A stretch of DNA of 64,000 nucleotides from positions 2,656,001 to 2,720,000 of the forward strand of contig CAWELD010000003.1 in assembly GCA_963809895.1 (NCBI GenBank). The letters run 5' to 3'. A model generated the notes under the pieces. It was given only the letters and a program-made list of their open reading frames with translations, ran no database searches and had not been told where the DNA came from. The stretch is from an uncultured Gemmatimonadales bacterium. GTDB lineage: Bacteria; Gemmatimonadota; Gemmatimonadetes; Longimicrobiales; Gaopeijiaceae. The translations under genes and the position numbers were made by a program. Below are positions 8,035-18,489 of the stretch, one piece after another (within the stretch, counting starts at the first letter, position 1; every line of letters begins with the position of its first letter).

Positions 8035-10416
8035 TCAGTAGCGGAACCGATAGCTCGCCTTGACGAAGATGCCGTCGGCCTGGGGCTGCAGATCCCGGAA
8101 GCCGAAGGCCCTGGGGTCGTCCCAGTCGCGCGTCCATCCCAGGAAGAACACCGTGCCCGGCGAGGGCTCGTAGGACAACAGTGCCTCTGCGTGCATGTCG
8201 TTCGCGTCGGAGCCCGCACGCACCTCGCACGCCCCGTCCTCGCAGCCGAGCAGCCTGCGACCCGTCACCGGGTCCACCAGCTCCTGCCGCTCCTGGGCCG
8301 CGTATTCCATGATCCAGCGCACGAACAGCGAGCGCGAGAATTGATACTGGGCACGGATGCGGGGAATGGTCGCGTTGGAGAAGATCTCGCCGCTGCCCTT
8401 CCGGCGGAGCGTCTCGTGGCGCACCCCCACCTCGGCCCGGAGCGAGCGGGTGGGCAGGAGCGTGAGGCTCAGGTTTCCGGACCAGGACGTGGCGGGCTGC
8501 ACCGGCACGTCCAACGTGCGGTCGAAGATGGGCTGCTCCTTGACGTCGAGCTGGAGGCTGCCCCGCACGCGCTCCCAGGGGCTGAAGAAGCCGTGCAGGC
8601 TCACGCCGTCCATCCCCGAGAAGAGGGCCGGATCGGGGCGGAAGGCCGCCGGATCCGTGCCCTGGTCGACGGGATCGACGAACAGCCCCTCGTAGTCCGA
8701 GGGCAAGAAGCGGAAGCGGTCGCGCGTGTAGCTGAGAAACGCCGAGATGTTGCCGCGCAGCGACAGTGAGACGCCAGCCTGGAGTTGGCGCTCCTGCAGG
8801 CGTCCGGCGCTCCAGAAGTCGGGATGCTGCCAGACCCCCTGGAATTCCGCGTAGGGACCGACCCGCTCCAGCAGGGCACCGCTGGGTCCGTACAGGTTGT
8901 AACGCAGGGTGGAGTGGAGTTGGGCCACCCCGGTGCGGCGGATGAACCCGCTGCCCGCCTCGAAGTCGTCCTGGGAATCCTCCAGCTCGGCCTCGTACGA
9001 GAAGCCGCGCCCGGACCGCTCCAGCTTCGCGTACAGGAACGACCCTTCACGGGCGTCGGTGGCGTCGGGCTCACCCGTGAAGCTGTAGGCCCCCAGCAGC
9101 GACAGCGTGTTGCGCTGGGCGAAGACCAGCCGCGTATCGAGTCCCCCGACCCGGTTGTACGCGCCCCCACCAGTGCGGTCCGTGAAGAGGAGCCCCGCCG
9201 TGGAGCTGCCACCGAAGTCGCGCCGCAGACGCATCAGGTTGACCACCTGATCGTCGGCGTCGCTCACCTCGTCCACCGCCCCGAGGTAGCCCAGGTTGAA
9301 GGAGCCCACCTTGCCGGTGATCTTCGCCCCGGCCACGGGGTTCACCACCGACCGCGTGTAGATGAGCTGGCGCGGCAGCGAGAAGATCTCGGTGCCTTCG
9401 AGAAAGAACGGCCTCTTCTCGGGAAAGAAGACGGCGAAGCGCTCGTTGACCACGATCTGGCCGGCATCGGCCTCGACCTGCGAGAAGTCGGGGTTGTAGG
9501 TGCCGTCCAGCGTCAGGTTGGAGGTGAGCCCGTAGGTGAGGTTGAGGCCGAAGTCACCGGTGGGGTCGTCGTGGCTGAGTTGGCCGGACTCCTCGTCCAG
9601 CGCGCCGACCCGGCGGGCCGTGACCACCGGGTTCACCTCGAGAAAGAGCCCGGTCTTCAGGTCCTGCAGCCCCTCCAGGGCACCGGTCTGGGCGAGCTTG
9701 TTGGAGATGTTCGCGGTGATGGGCGCCCAGGACTGCTGGTAGCCGTTGCGCTGGATGCGCCGGAGCACGTTGATGCCCCATCGCTGCACCGGCAGCTGCC
9801 GGAAGCGCAGGCTCTTGAAGGGGATGCGTACCTCCACCGACCATCCCCACGGCTGGATCTGCCCACCGCTCTCCCAGATGAAGTCCGGGTTGTCGTCGAT
9901 GGGATCCCCGAATCCCCCGCCGCGTCGTCCACCGCCCCCCTCCACCCACAGGCCGTCCTGCTGCACGCCGAGAGGGTTCACGGTGAATACGTAGGCGCGC
10001 CGCTGGTCGTCGAAGGTGTCCAGCACCAGGCGCACGTAGTCGTCGTTGCGCGACACGTTGTCCCGCTCTGCCAGGGTGGCGCGCACTCCCTCGGGCCGGT
10101 CATCGTAGGCACGGACGCCGAAGTAGACGGCGTCGCGCGAGATGAACACGAGGGCCTCGGTCTTCTGCGAGGCCGGCGCGCCTTCCACCGGATCGTACTG
10201 GGTGAACGAGCGCAGGACGGCGGCCGAGTCCCAGACGGCCTCGTCGAGGGCGCCGTCGATGTGGACGGCGTCGCCGTCGAGATGCGGGGTCGCGATCTCC
10301 AGCTCCCCTGCCGAGCCGGCATAGGAAAGACCGTCCACACCGGGCACGCCGGTGATGGTATCGAGGGCGGCGACCGGCTGGGTCGCCGTGACAAGCGCCA
10401 GAAGGAGGTGCAGCAT
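8035..10416 (-). CDS. CBM9-like + DUF5916 domain outer-membrane-type protein (793 aa)
   Basis: Signal peptide; IDGALDEAVW; W-VE-RIPFKSLRF; NPDFSQVEAD...FFPEKRPFFLEG; C-terminal IFVKASYRFRY beta-signal. Confidence 0.85.
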   Translation of the reverse strand: MLHLLLALVTATQPVAALDTITGVPGVDGLSYAGSAGELEIATPHLDGDAVHIDGALDEAVWDSAAVLRSFTQYDPVEGAPASQKTEALVFISRDAVYFGVRAYDDRPEGVRATLAERDNVSRNDDYVRLVLDTFDDQRRAYVFTVNPLGVQQDGLWVEGGGGRRGGGFGDPIDDNPDFIWESGGQIQPWGWSVEVRIPFKSLRFRQLPVQRWGINVLRRIQRNGYQQSWAPITANISNKLAQTGALEGLQDLKTGLFLEVNPVVTARRVGALDEESGQLSHDDPTGDFGLNLTYGLTSNLTLDGTYNPDFSQVEADAGQIVVNERFAVFFPEKRPFFLEGTEIFSLPRQLIYTRSVVNPVAGAKITGKVGSFNLGYLGAVDEVSDADDQVVNLMRLRRDFGGSSTAGLLFTDRTGGGAYNRVGGLDTRLVFAQRNTLSLLGAYSFTGEPDATDAREGSFLYAKLERSGRGFSYEAELEDSQDDFEAGSGFIRRTGVAQLHSTLRYNLYGPSGALLERVGPYAEFQGVWQHPDFWSAGRLQERQLQAGVSLSLRGNISAFLSYTRDRFRFLPSDYEGLFVDPVDQGTDPAAFRPDPALFSGMDGVSLHGFFSPWERVRGSLQLDVKEQPIFDRTLDVPVQPATSWSGNLSLTLLPTRSLRAEVGVRHETLRRKGSGEIFSNATIPRIRAQYQFSRSLFVRWIMEYAAQERQELVDPVTGRRLLGCEDGACEVRAGSDANDMHAEALLSYEPSPGTVFFLGWTRDWDDPRAFGFRDLQPQADGIFVKASYRFRY

Positions 10417-10494
10417 GAACCTGCTGAGAGTGGACCGGGCATCCCCATCGGGGGGCGCGCGAATCTACCCGAACCCGAGGGCCAAGGTCCAGAG

Positions 10495-10722
10495 ATGACT
10501 CCCACATCGCATGCTCGGTACTCGCGCGAGGAAGAGCGCCGCTTGCGCGAGAACCTGGACGCGGGCCAGCCCGCGGTCTGTCCCCGGTGCGCGACCCCCC
10601 TGGAGGCGCGGCAGGTGCCGCCGCGCGCAGGGGTCTCCTACGTGCGCCGCCGCGTCTGGTACGTGTGCGGGGGCTGCGGCGGGAGCCTGGTCGTGGACCG
10701 CCCGCGCCGTCCCCGGGGGTGA
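10495..10722 (+). CDS. Small zinc-ribbon-like protein (75 aa)
   Basis: MTPTSHARYSREEERRL...CPRC...VSYVRRRVWYVCGGC; fills the gap between the flanking genes. Confidence 0.65.
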   Translation: MTPTSHARYSREEERRLRENLDAGQPAVCPRCATPLEARQVPPRAGVSYVRRRVWYVCGGCGGSLVVDRPRRPRG

Positions 10723-10807
10723 GGGGCGCGCGTCCCCTGGTGTTGCCCCGCCGTGTCTCGACGACCAGCTTGCCCCGACCCCCGAAACCGATGCCAGTGG
10801 AGTGATC

Positions 10808-11728
10808 ATGACCCGTGCCCCCTTCGTCGCCGTCTGGTCGCTGTGTGTGGCGGCTTCCGCGGCACCCCTCGTCGCGCAGACGCCCGGGCGTGAGCCCGCC
10901 GTGGTGGAGCTGTCCGGCAGCAGTCGGGCCCTCGCCCTCGGTCACGCGTTCCAACTGGACGGGAGCGACAGCGACGCCGTCTTCTACAATCCCGCCGTCG
11001 CGAGCCGCGCCCAGGGGTTCGGCATGGGGATCTACTGGCTGGGCAAGGGGGCCCGTTCCTATACGGTCTCCGCAGCCACGCCGTGGTACGGGGGCGGGGT
11101 CGCGGTCGGCCTCCAGACCCTGGAATACGGCGCGCCCGACGGCCCGGGCGCGCGAGGCGGCGGGCTGGAGCCCGTCATGGAGGACGGCAGCCCGGGCGCG
11201 GGTGAGATGGTGGCGACGCTCGCCTACGGCCGAGACCTGTTCGGCTTCCGCGTAGGGGTGGCCGGCAAGCTCATCGATCAGCGCTTCGGCGGCGCCCGCA
11301 CCCAGTCGCTGGCCGGCGACGTGGGCGTGGCCCGCTCGCTCGGGCCGGGATGGGCGGGGCTGGCGGTGCGCAACCTGGGAGACCAGCAGACGATCGGCGG
11401 CGTCGACGTGGATCTGCCCACGGAGGTCACGCTGGGATGGGGGGCGTACGGAAGGCCCCTGGGTCCGTTGGACGTGGGAGCCGCCGGGGCCGTCACCCGA
11501 CGGGCCGACGGCGAGGTGCTCTACGGCGGCGGCATCGAGCTGGGCTACTGGCCGGTGATCGGACGCACGTTCGTGGCGCGCATCGGAGTCCGCAACGTGC
11601 CCGAGGGCGAAGCCAGCCCGGTGACCTTCGGCGGCTCCTACTGGGGCGACGACCTGGTGCTCGAGTACGCCTTCCAGCCCACCGACGGTAGCAAGGGCAT
11701 CCACCGCTTCACGGTGGGGTGGCGCTGA
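10808..11728 (+). CDS. PorV/PorQ-like (FadL-type) outer membrane beta-barrel
   Basis: Signal ending LVA|Q; SRALALGHA...DAVFYNPA N-terminal motif; alternating beta-strands; C-terminal HRFTVGWR. Confidence 0.7.
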   Translation: MTRAPFVAVWSLCVAASAAPLVAQTPGREPAVVELSGSSRALALGHAFQLDGSDSDAVFYNPAVASRAQGFGMGIYWLGKGARSYTVSAATPWYGGGVAVGLQTLEYGAPDGPGARGGGLEPVMEDGSPGAGEMVATLAYGRDLFGFRVGVAGKLIDQRFGGARTQSLAGDVGVARSLGPGWAGLAVRNLGDQQTIGGVDVDLPTEVTLGWGAYGRPLGPLDVGAAGAVTRRADGEVLYGGGIELGYWPVIGRTFVARIGVRNVPEGEASPVTFGGSYWGDDLVLEYAFQPTDGSKGIHRFTVGWR

Positions 11729-11740
11729 GCGAAGGCTCCG

Positions 11741-13697
11741 CTACGGGCGCGGCGCCCCGTTCACGCGCGCCGACCAGAACGCCGGATCCAGATTCGAGAA
11801 GCCGAGCTCGTCCATGACCACCTCGCCGGCGGTGGCCCGGTCGAACACCAGGCGCACGGCCCGGATGTGCGACAGGTCGAGCCGCCCCTCCAGTGCCTCG
11901 AAGTCCGAGAGCGGGATCACGTAGGTCTGGAGCACCATCTCCCAGTGCTGGGCACTGGCCTCCTGGTCCTTGCGGCGCAGGGTGTGGATCTCCAGCGGAC
12001 GCCGTACGGGCCCGTAGCGGCTCAACGCCACCTCGGCCGTGCGTCCCGCGCCGTCCTCCAGCTCCACAGAGAGATCCACCGGCGGCTTGTCGTCGTCACC
12101 GCCGGACGAGCGCCCGCGGCCTCCACCGCCCGAGCGGCCTCCGCGTTCCGCGTCTCCCTCCGGAGGCCGGCGCGGCCCGGGCATCCCCTGCGTAGCCGCC
12201 AGCGACAGCTGCACCGAGGAGGAACCGTCCAGCGCCCAGCGTTGCGCCAACCCCGGCGGGAGCTCGGCCGAGAACCGGGCCGGGGGCCCCATACGCGTCG
12301 TGTCGGCGCCGGCCAGACGGTTGTTCCACGCCAGCCGGACGGCCTGGTTGTCCTGCGACGCCGACGTGTTGTTCCGGTTGCGTGAGCGCAGCTCGAGCTG
12401 CTCCTCCTTCCAGGTGGCCAGGCTGTCGCCCATGAGGCGCACCCCGTCCGTGCTGCCGGTGGTGACGTCCACGTCTTCCTCGAAGGTGGCCAGCGGCTTG
12501 AACGAGCTGTCCATGAAGCGCGTCACGTACATGGTCTTGGGCAGCCACTGCCCGATGACGCGGTGGTCCCGGAACATGGGTAGCCAGCGCTTGTCGTCGT
12601 GCAGATTGGCCTCCAGGAAGGCCGTGATGTAGAGCTCGGCGAAGCGCCGCTGATCCTGGGGAGGAACCAGGTAGCGCAGGTCCAGGATGCGGGCGCTGCG
12701 CGGACCGTTGTCGTGGTTGTTCCAGACCGTGTTCCACTGGCCGTGGTTCGCCCGGTACATGTAGATGGCGGACTTGAAGTGGTACCCGCCGTCGGTGAAG
12801 CGCAGCCGGTCCCAGATGCGCAGCCCGTGGAAGCTGCTGACGTCGCCGTCGTGGGAGCCGTGGAAGACCAGGTAGCTCACGTTCTCCAGGGGCATGGAGC
12901 GCCCCGTGGGCAGGTACTGGCCGTCGACGGGGGCGATGGACACCACCGCGCGGATGTCGAAGCCGAAATCGAAGGTCAGCGAGGCATCGTCGGGATAGCG
13001 GGACAGGCGGTTGAAGGCCGCGGCGATGGGCGCCGCCTCGCCCCCCCGCGAATGGCCCATCACGGCGATCCGGGACATGTCGACCTTGCCCTGGAACGGG
13101 CTGTCCTCCATGGCGTTGAATCGCTTCCACTCCTGAAGGTGCTTCGAGGAGCAGCCAGCCCCGGGCGTCGTTCTCGCCTCGAATCCCCCCGTTGATGAAG
13201 TTCATGTCCACCGAGGCCAGGATGAAGCCGCGGCTGGCCAGCAGGTTGCCCAGGTAGTCGTAGCCCGGATCCGAGAAGTCCTTCATGTCGTGGTTGCCGT
13301 GCACCACCAGCACCAGCGGGAAGGGGCCGTCACCCCGCGGATACCACACCCGGGCGTTGAGGGGCATCTCCTTGGGCGTGAATCCCCAGTACTCGTTGCG
13401 CTCCTTCGCCGACCGGCCCAGGTCCACCAGCTTGGAGCCGTCGACGGACTCGGTGGTGAGCGTCACCGAGTCGCGGTAGACGGCCCGGTTCTTGTCGGTG
13501 CCGCTGCCGTAGTAGAGCGTCTCCACGGCGAACGGCCCCGGGTCGGCCGGATCCGGAGCCTCGAGCGCCTGGTGGGCCAGCACCGTGCCGGCGTCGTTGG
13601 GGGTGACCTGGAGCGTCCCCCGACAGCCGGACAGCGCGAGGGTCGAGACGGTCAGGAACGGAAGAAGCCGACGAATGCGGGGCACGATCTGGCGCAT
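11741..13697 (-). CDS. Alpha/beta-hydrolase lipoprotein (chlorophyllase/acetylhydrolase-like), one +1 frameshift near 13145
   Basis: Lipobox LSGC; PLVLVVHGNH; after the frameshift, nucleophile GHSRGG, HGSHDGD and ANHGQWN. Join reads CTC GAA G CAC CTT CAG. Confidence 0.8.
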
Positions 13698-13854
13698 GGT
13701 CTCTCGGGTGGGCGACGCTGCGAGGGTTCCGACCGCCGATTGTAGGCCGGCGTTTGCCGCCGCGCCACGGGCCGCCCCCCTCGACCGGACTCGCGACGCG
13801 GGGTAGCTTCTCTGTCCCCGAGCCTCCCGCCTCTCCCCACACCCATCCGGAACC

Positions 13855-14331
13855 ATGGCAAATCGCCACGTCACCATCGAGACCAATCACGGGACCGTCA
13901 CGGTCGAGCTCTTCGAAGACGCGGCCCCGAAGACCACCGGCAACTTCGTCGAGCTCGCCGACAAGGGCTTCTACGACGGCGTCGTCTTTCACCGGGTCAT
14001 CGACGGCTTCATGATCCAGGGCGGCGACCCCACCGGCACGGGCCGCGGCGGGCCGGGCTACCAGATTCCCGACGAGTTCGGACCGGGGCTCGCCCACGAC
14101 CGGGCCGGTGTCCTGTCCATGGCCAACGCCGGCCCCAACACCGGCGGCTCCCAGTTCTTCATCACGCTGGCGCCCACGCCCTGGCTCGACGGCAAGCACG
14201 CCATCTTCGGCAAGGTCGTCGGGGGGATGGACGTGGTGCAGGCCATCGGCAAGGTGGATACGGACCGCTCCGATCGGCCGGTGGACGAGGTGGTGATGGA
14301 GTCGGTGACGGTGGAGAGCGCCGGCGACTGA
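13855..14331 (+). CDS. Cyclophilin-type peptidyl-prolyl cis-trans isomerase
   Basis: [55 protein letters not shown]. Confidence 0.97.
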   Translation: MANRHVTIETNHGTVTVELFEDAAPKTTGNFVELADKGFYDGVVFHRVIDGFMIQGGDPTGTGRGGPGYQIPDEFGPGLAHDRAGVLSMANAGPNTGGSQFFITLAPTPWLDGKHAIFGKVVGGMDVVQAIGKVDTDRSDRPVDEVVMESVTVESAGD

Positions 14332-14353
14332 CCGCCGGACGCGCGCCGCAATC

Positions 14354-14605
14354 CTACCCGTCGTCCTCGGTACGGAGCTCCACGACGGGCTCGCCGCCCG
14401 AGTACCGCACCGTGACCCGCCAGGGCCGGCAGCACACGGGGCAGTCCTCCACGTACTCCTGGCGCGCGCCGCCTCCCGGATCCACCACGATCTCCACGGA
14501 CTCGCCGCAGTAGGGACACGAGGCGTGGGCCAGGCTGTCGGCCACGCCGTCGCCCAGCGGGAAGTCCCGGCTCAGGGGATCGGGGGGATCGGCAAAGCGC
14601 ACCAT
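14354..14605 (-). CDS. CPXCG motif-containing Cys-rich protein (83 aa)
   Basis: CPYCGE...DPGGG..QEYVEDCPVCCRPW; own ATG at 14605. Confidence 0.85.
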   Translation of the reverse strand: MVRFADPPDPLSRDFPLGDGVADSLAHASCPYCGESVEIVVDPGGGARQEYVEDCPVCCRPWRVTVRYSGGEPVVELRTEDDG

Positions 14606-14676
14606 GGTTCGGGGTACACCGGCGCCGGCGCCGCCGATCCGCGGGCCTGCGGATCGGGGCCCGGTCGACCCACCGA

Positions 14677-15697
14677 TCAAACCAGCGCATCTCCGCCGGC
14701 ACCGACCCGCACCGTGCCTCCGATACCGGGCAGGGCCAAGCGCCCCTCGGGCAACTCCGCCCCGGTCCACGCGGCGCGGGTACGTCTTCGGCGGCTCCAG
14801 CGGGTCCTCGTCGGTGAGGCGGAAGGTGCCCCAGTGCATCCCGACGAAGACTCCCTGCCCTCCCATCTCCTGGTAGGCACGCACCGCTTCTTCGGGGTTC
14901 ATGTGGGCCCCGCGCATGAACCAACGGGGCTCGTACGCCCCCACGGGCATGATGACGAGCTCGAAGGGTCCCAGGCGCCGGCCGATCTCCGGATACCCGG
15001 GAAAGAAGCCGGAGTCGCCGCCGAAGTAGACGGCGCGGCCGCCCTCGGTACGCACCGCCCACGATGCCCACAGCCGCCGGTTCACGCGCCAGCGCCGTCG
15101 GGTCCAGTGCCGGGCCGGCGCGGCGGTCACCGTGACGGCGCCATCCGGCCCCTGGAGCGTCACGGCTTCCCACCAGTCCAGCTCCCGCACCCCATGGATG
15201 CCGAGGCGGGCGAACCAACCCCGGTAGCCCAGCGGCGTGATCCAGGTGAGCTCGGGCCCGTAGCGATCCCGGAGCGCCAGGACCGAGGGACGGTCCAGGT
15301 GGTCGAAGTGGTCGTGGGTCAGGAGGACGGCGTCCAGCGGAGGCAGGTCGTCCACCACGAGCCCCGGCGGCGTGAAACGCGCCGGACCGGTCCCTGGAAC
15401 CGGCGTGGCCCGCCGCGAGAAGATCGGGTCGGTGAGCAGGTTCCAGGGTCCCACCTGCAGGAGGAAGGTGGCGTGGCCCACCCAGGTGGCCCGGACCTCG
15501 TCGAGCCCGGCCCGGGGCCGCGCCACGGCCGGAGTCCCCCGGGGAATCCGTTCGGGAGAAGGATCCGCCGGCAGCGTCGTCGTGCGCCGTTGCCACACCC
15601 AGCGCAGCAGATCCCGGAGCCCCCGATCGACCTCGACCCCGTCGTCCCAGGGATCGGTGAATCCGCCCCCCGGCGCGTGGTGTGCCGGCTCGCTCAG
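14677..15697 (-). CDS. MBL-fold metallo-hydrolase (NAPE-PLD/RomA-like); probable CTG start; +1 frameshift near 14788
   Basis: HH..GGF.DPW N-terminus, TWVGHATFL, THDHFDHLD, YFGGDSG, GAYEPRWFM..HMNPEEA, GMHWGTF; the C-terminus continues in the 14677..14880 frame. Confidence 0.85.
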
Positions 15698-17934
15698 AAG
15701 GACACCATCTGGGTCACCTTCACGATCAGCCCCCGCCCCGGAGGCGTCCCGTCACCGGTGGTGAAGCGCTGCTCGTTGAAGACCACGAACAGATCGCTCA
15801 ACGGATGGTGGATGAAGTTGAAGCGCACGTTGGTGTTCATCAGGTGGCGCCCCGGATCGAACTGCACCAGCGCATCCACGAACATGTTGGTGTTGAAGGA
15901 GTAGTTGGCGCGCCCGGTCCAGAAGGTCTTCACGAAATCGGCGTCGGGCACGTCGAGCTGCGCCGAGGTGCGCTGGACCCCGAGCTGCGATTCGAAGTGG
16001 TAGGAGGGCCGGAGGGTCGCATTCACGCGCACGGTCTTCTGCGTGCCGCTCCACAGCCCCCCGAGGATGCCGGTGAAGTCGAAGGCCACGCGGGCGCTGG
16101 GGTCGGTGCTGCCACGCAGTTGATATTCGGTCCAGGCGTACCCGCCTGGCGGGATGGCGTCGATGTCGCGCGAGATCTGGAAGGGCTCCGCGATGCGCTG
16201 GTAGGACGGGTTCACCGACAGCTCCCAGTAGCCCCCGTTGTTGAGAAAGAAGGTGTAGCCGGAGTGGAGCTTCTTGGCGACGATACGGCCGTCCAGGTCC
16301 TCGTAGTAGTTCCACACGAGGTGGGGGTGCATCTCCCGGATCCCGTGGCGCCTGAGCGCTTCGGAGCGCGGCCGGAACCCCCAGTCCATGAACCACTTGC
16401 GCACGCCGGTGCGCCGGTAGTAGCCCAACTCGTCGTTGAAGTTCTCGCCGAGCTGCATGACCCCGAGCTTGATGTGCTGGAAGTTGCCTTCGCGGTTGAG
16501 CGAGGTGCGCCACGCGTACTGGCCGTCGGAGACGCCGGGGCTCTCGGTGCGGATCAGGTACGAGCTCCAGTCGAGCTGCCCGAAGAAGCGGATGTTGGAG
16601 TCCACCCCGTACACCCGGTTGTAGTCGTCCCCACCGCCCACCGCGTCGCGCGTCATGAAGATGCCGCCCACGTCGCTGCCGTCGAGGACGTTCTGTCGCA
16701 GGCGCAGGACCATGAAGTCGTCGCCGGGGCGCTCGCCGAGATTGTCGGTGCGCATGGCGATGGCGCCCACATTGAGGCCCCGGGCGGTGCCCGTGAGGCG
16801 CGCGCCGGCCTGGATGGGCACGGCCTGCCCGTCGGGGGTGAGTCCGATGCTCCGGCTGAAGAAGAGCAGCAGGTCTTCGTCGGGCGTGGGGGTGAGGTTC
16901 ACGCGGTTGTTGCGGGCCGCGTCTCCCACGTAGAAGAGTCCCGAGTTCTCCAGGAAGAACTCACGCTTCTCCGGAAAGAACTGGCTGAACTGGGTCAGGT
17001 TCACCTGCTGGACGTCGGCTTCGACCTGGGCGAAGTCCGGGTTGGCGGTCAGATCCAGGGTGAAGCTCCCCAGAAGACCCGCCTTGGCGTCCACGCCCAC
17101 CTCGCTCTGACGGTCGTAGCCCGTCACCCCCGTCTCCCGCACCGCGCCGCCCAGGAGGTAGGGCTTGATGCGAAGATCCCGACCCGGCGAGCGGGTGGGC
17201 AGCCCCTCCAGATCGCCGGCCAGCGACAGTCGGGCGATGTTGTACGACCGGGGAATCGGCGCCCAGTAGTCGATCTCGTTGTTGCGCCGGATGCGCCGGC
17301 TGAAGTTGATCCCCCAGGCGCCTTCGGCCTCGTCGAAGCGCAGCGCGTGGAAGGGGATGGCCATCTCCAGCGTCCACCCGAACGCGGTACGCTGCGTGCG
17401 CACGCTCCAGGGCGCGTCCCAGCTCGTGTTGATCTCCCGCCCTTCGTTGGCCACCTGCCGGTCGGCCCGGGCGCCCTCGGGATTGGTCAGGAACTGGTAC
17501 CCGTTCCGGCGATCGTGAAAGGTGTCGAGGATGACCTCGAAGTCGTCCTGCTCCGACTCGGTGAAGTCCTTGCGGATGCTGTTCACCACCAGCCCACGGG
17601 GATCCTCCTCCACCAGGCGGGCCGCCACGTACAGGTTCTCCTCGTCGTAGGCGACCCACACCCGCGTGTCCTGGGTGGCCGCCGCCCCTTCCATGGGCTC
17701 GGCCTGCACGAAGTCGGCGGCGCCGGGCGGTCCCTGCCAGACCGACTCCGTGAGGGCTCCGTCCAGGTCGATGGCGCCCTGGACACGCACGGCGCGCACG
17801 ACGGGACGGTCCTGAGCGACCAGGGGAACGGGAGGAGCGGCGAGGACGAGGAGGGCGACGAGGGCGAGGGCAGGCGGAGCGAGACGGATATGCCGCCGCG
17901 AGACGCTGCTCGCGGCGGAGCCGTGAAGGGGCAC
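15694..17934 (-). CDS. Second CBM9-like + DUF5916 domain protein
   Basis: GGAGG RBS before the GTG at 17934; signal peptide; LDGALTESVW; NPDFAQVEAD...FFPEKREFFLEN; ends IVKVTQMVSF. Confidence 0.85.
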   Translation of the reverse strand: MPLHGSAASSVSRRHIRLAPPALALVALLVLAAPPVPLVAQDRPVVRAVRVQGAIDLDGALTESVWQGPPGAADFVQAEPMEGAAATQDTRVWVAYDEENLYVAARLVEEDPRGLVVNSIRKDFTESEQDDFEVILDTFHDRRNGYQFLTNPEGARADRQVANEGREINTSWDAPWSVRTQRTAFGWTLEMAIPFHALRFDEAEGAWGINFSRRIRRNNEIDYWAPIPRSYNIARLSLAGDLEGLPTRSPGRDLRIKPYLLGGAVRETGVTGYDRQSEVGVDAKAGLLGSFTLDLTANPDFAQVEADVQQVNLTQFSQFFPEKREFFLENSGLFYVGDAARNNRVNLTPTPDEDLLLFFSRSIGLTPDGQAVPIQAGARLTGTARGLNVGAIAMRTDNLGERPGDDFMVLRLRQNVLDGSDVGGIFMTRDAVGGGDDYNRVYGVDSNIRFFGQLDWSSYLIRTESPGVSDGQYAWRTSLNREGNFQHIKLGVMQLGENFNDELGYYRRTGVRKWFMDWGFRPRSEALRRHGIREMHPHLVWNYYEDLDGRIVAKKLHSGYTFFLNNGGYWELSVNPSYQRIAEPFQISRDIDAIPPGGYAWTEYQLRGSTDPSARVAFDFTGILGGLWSGTQKTVRVNATLRPSYHFESQLGVQRTSAQLDVPDADFVKTFWTGRANYSFNTNMFVDALVQFDPGRHLMNTNVRFNFIHHPLSDLFVVFNEQRFTTGDGTPPGRGLIVKVTQMVSF

Positions 17935-18093
17935 GACAGCCTCCGGGATGGTCGACGTGGAGATGAATGCGCCGAAGAGGATGCGCGGCCACCCGCGTGC
18001 ACGCCAGGGGCCCCCTACCGCGCAGGTAGCCCGCACAGGACGGGCCGAGGCACCCGCGCCGGGTGCCCGCCGGCGCGAGTCACGTCACCGCGG

Positions 18094-18489
18094 TCAGCTG
18101 TTGGCGCCGCCCGTGACCGCGATGATCCCCTCGTCGCCGGTCTGGATCACCACGTAGCTGTTGGTGGTGTCGCAGAGGGGACAGATGGCGTAACGCGCAT
18201 CCAGCACCTCCAGCTCGGCCACGAAACCGCAGCCCTCGCACTGGGCCTTCACGGTCTTCCACTCGTGGTCCACGTGGGCGCGCGCCAGCCGCACGCCCAT
18301 GACGATTCCCGGGCGTCCGGTCAGCGGACAGGTGCCCTCGGAGCAGCCCTCGCCGAAGTCCAGACACACCACCTGCGAGCCGTCGGGGAGATTGGCCTGG
18401 GCGTGGCCGTGGGGCGTCGTGACCGTGAGGCGCACCTGGTGGTTGCACCCCGGGCAATACGCCGTGGTCGTGGTGGGCTCGGTGGTCAC
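18094..18489 (-). CDS. Cys-rich protein (131 aa): unrecognised five-Cys domain plus C-terminal CxxC/CxxC zinc ribbon
   Basis: AYCPGC..QVR...VCLDFGEGCSEGTCPL, then CEGC...CPLC; GTGA overlap with the upstream gene; last gene of the rnf operon. Confidence 0.8.
   Translation of the reverse strand: MTTEPTTTTAYCPGCNHQVRLTVTTPHGHAQANLPDGSQVVCLDFGEGCSEGTCPLTGRPGIVMGVRLARAHVDHEWKTVKAQCEGCGFVAELEVLDARYAICPLCDTTNSYVVIQTGDEGIIAVTGGANS

Noticed and set aside
14354..15598. MBL hydrolase-CPXCG fusion (414-aa track ORF)
   Set aside because: Produced by a +1 indel near 14788. The hydrolase C-terminus continues in another frame to 14677, and the CPXCG gene has its own ATG at 14605.
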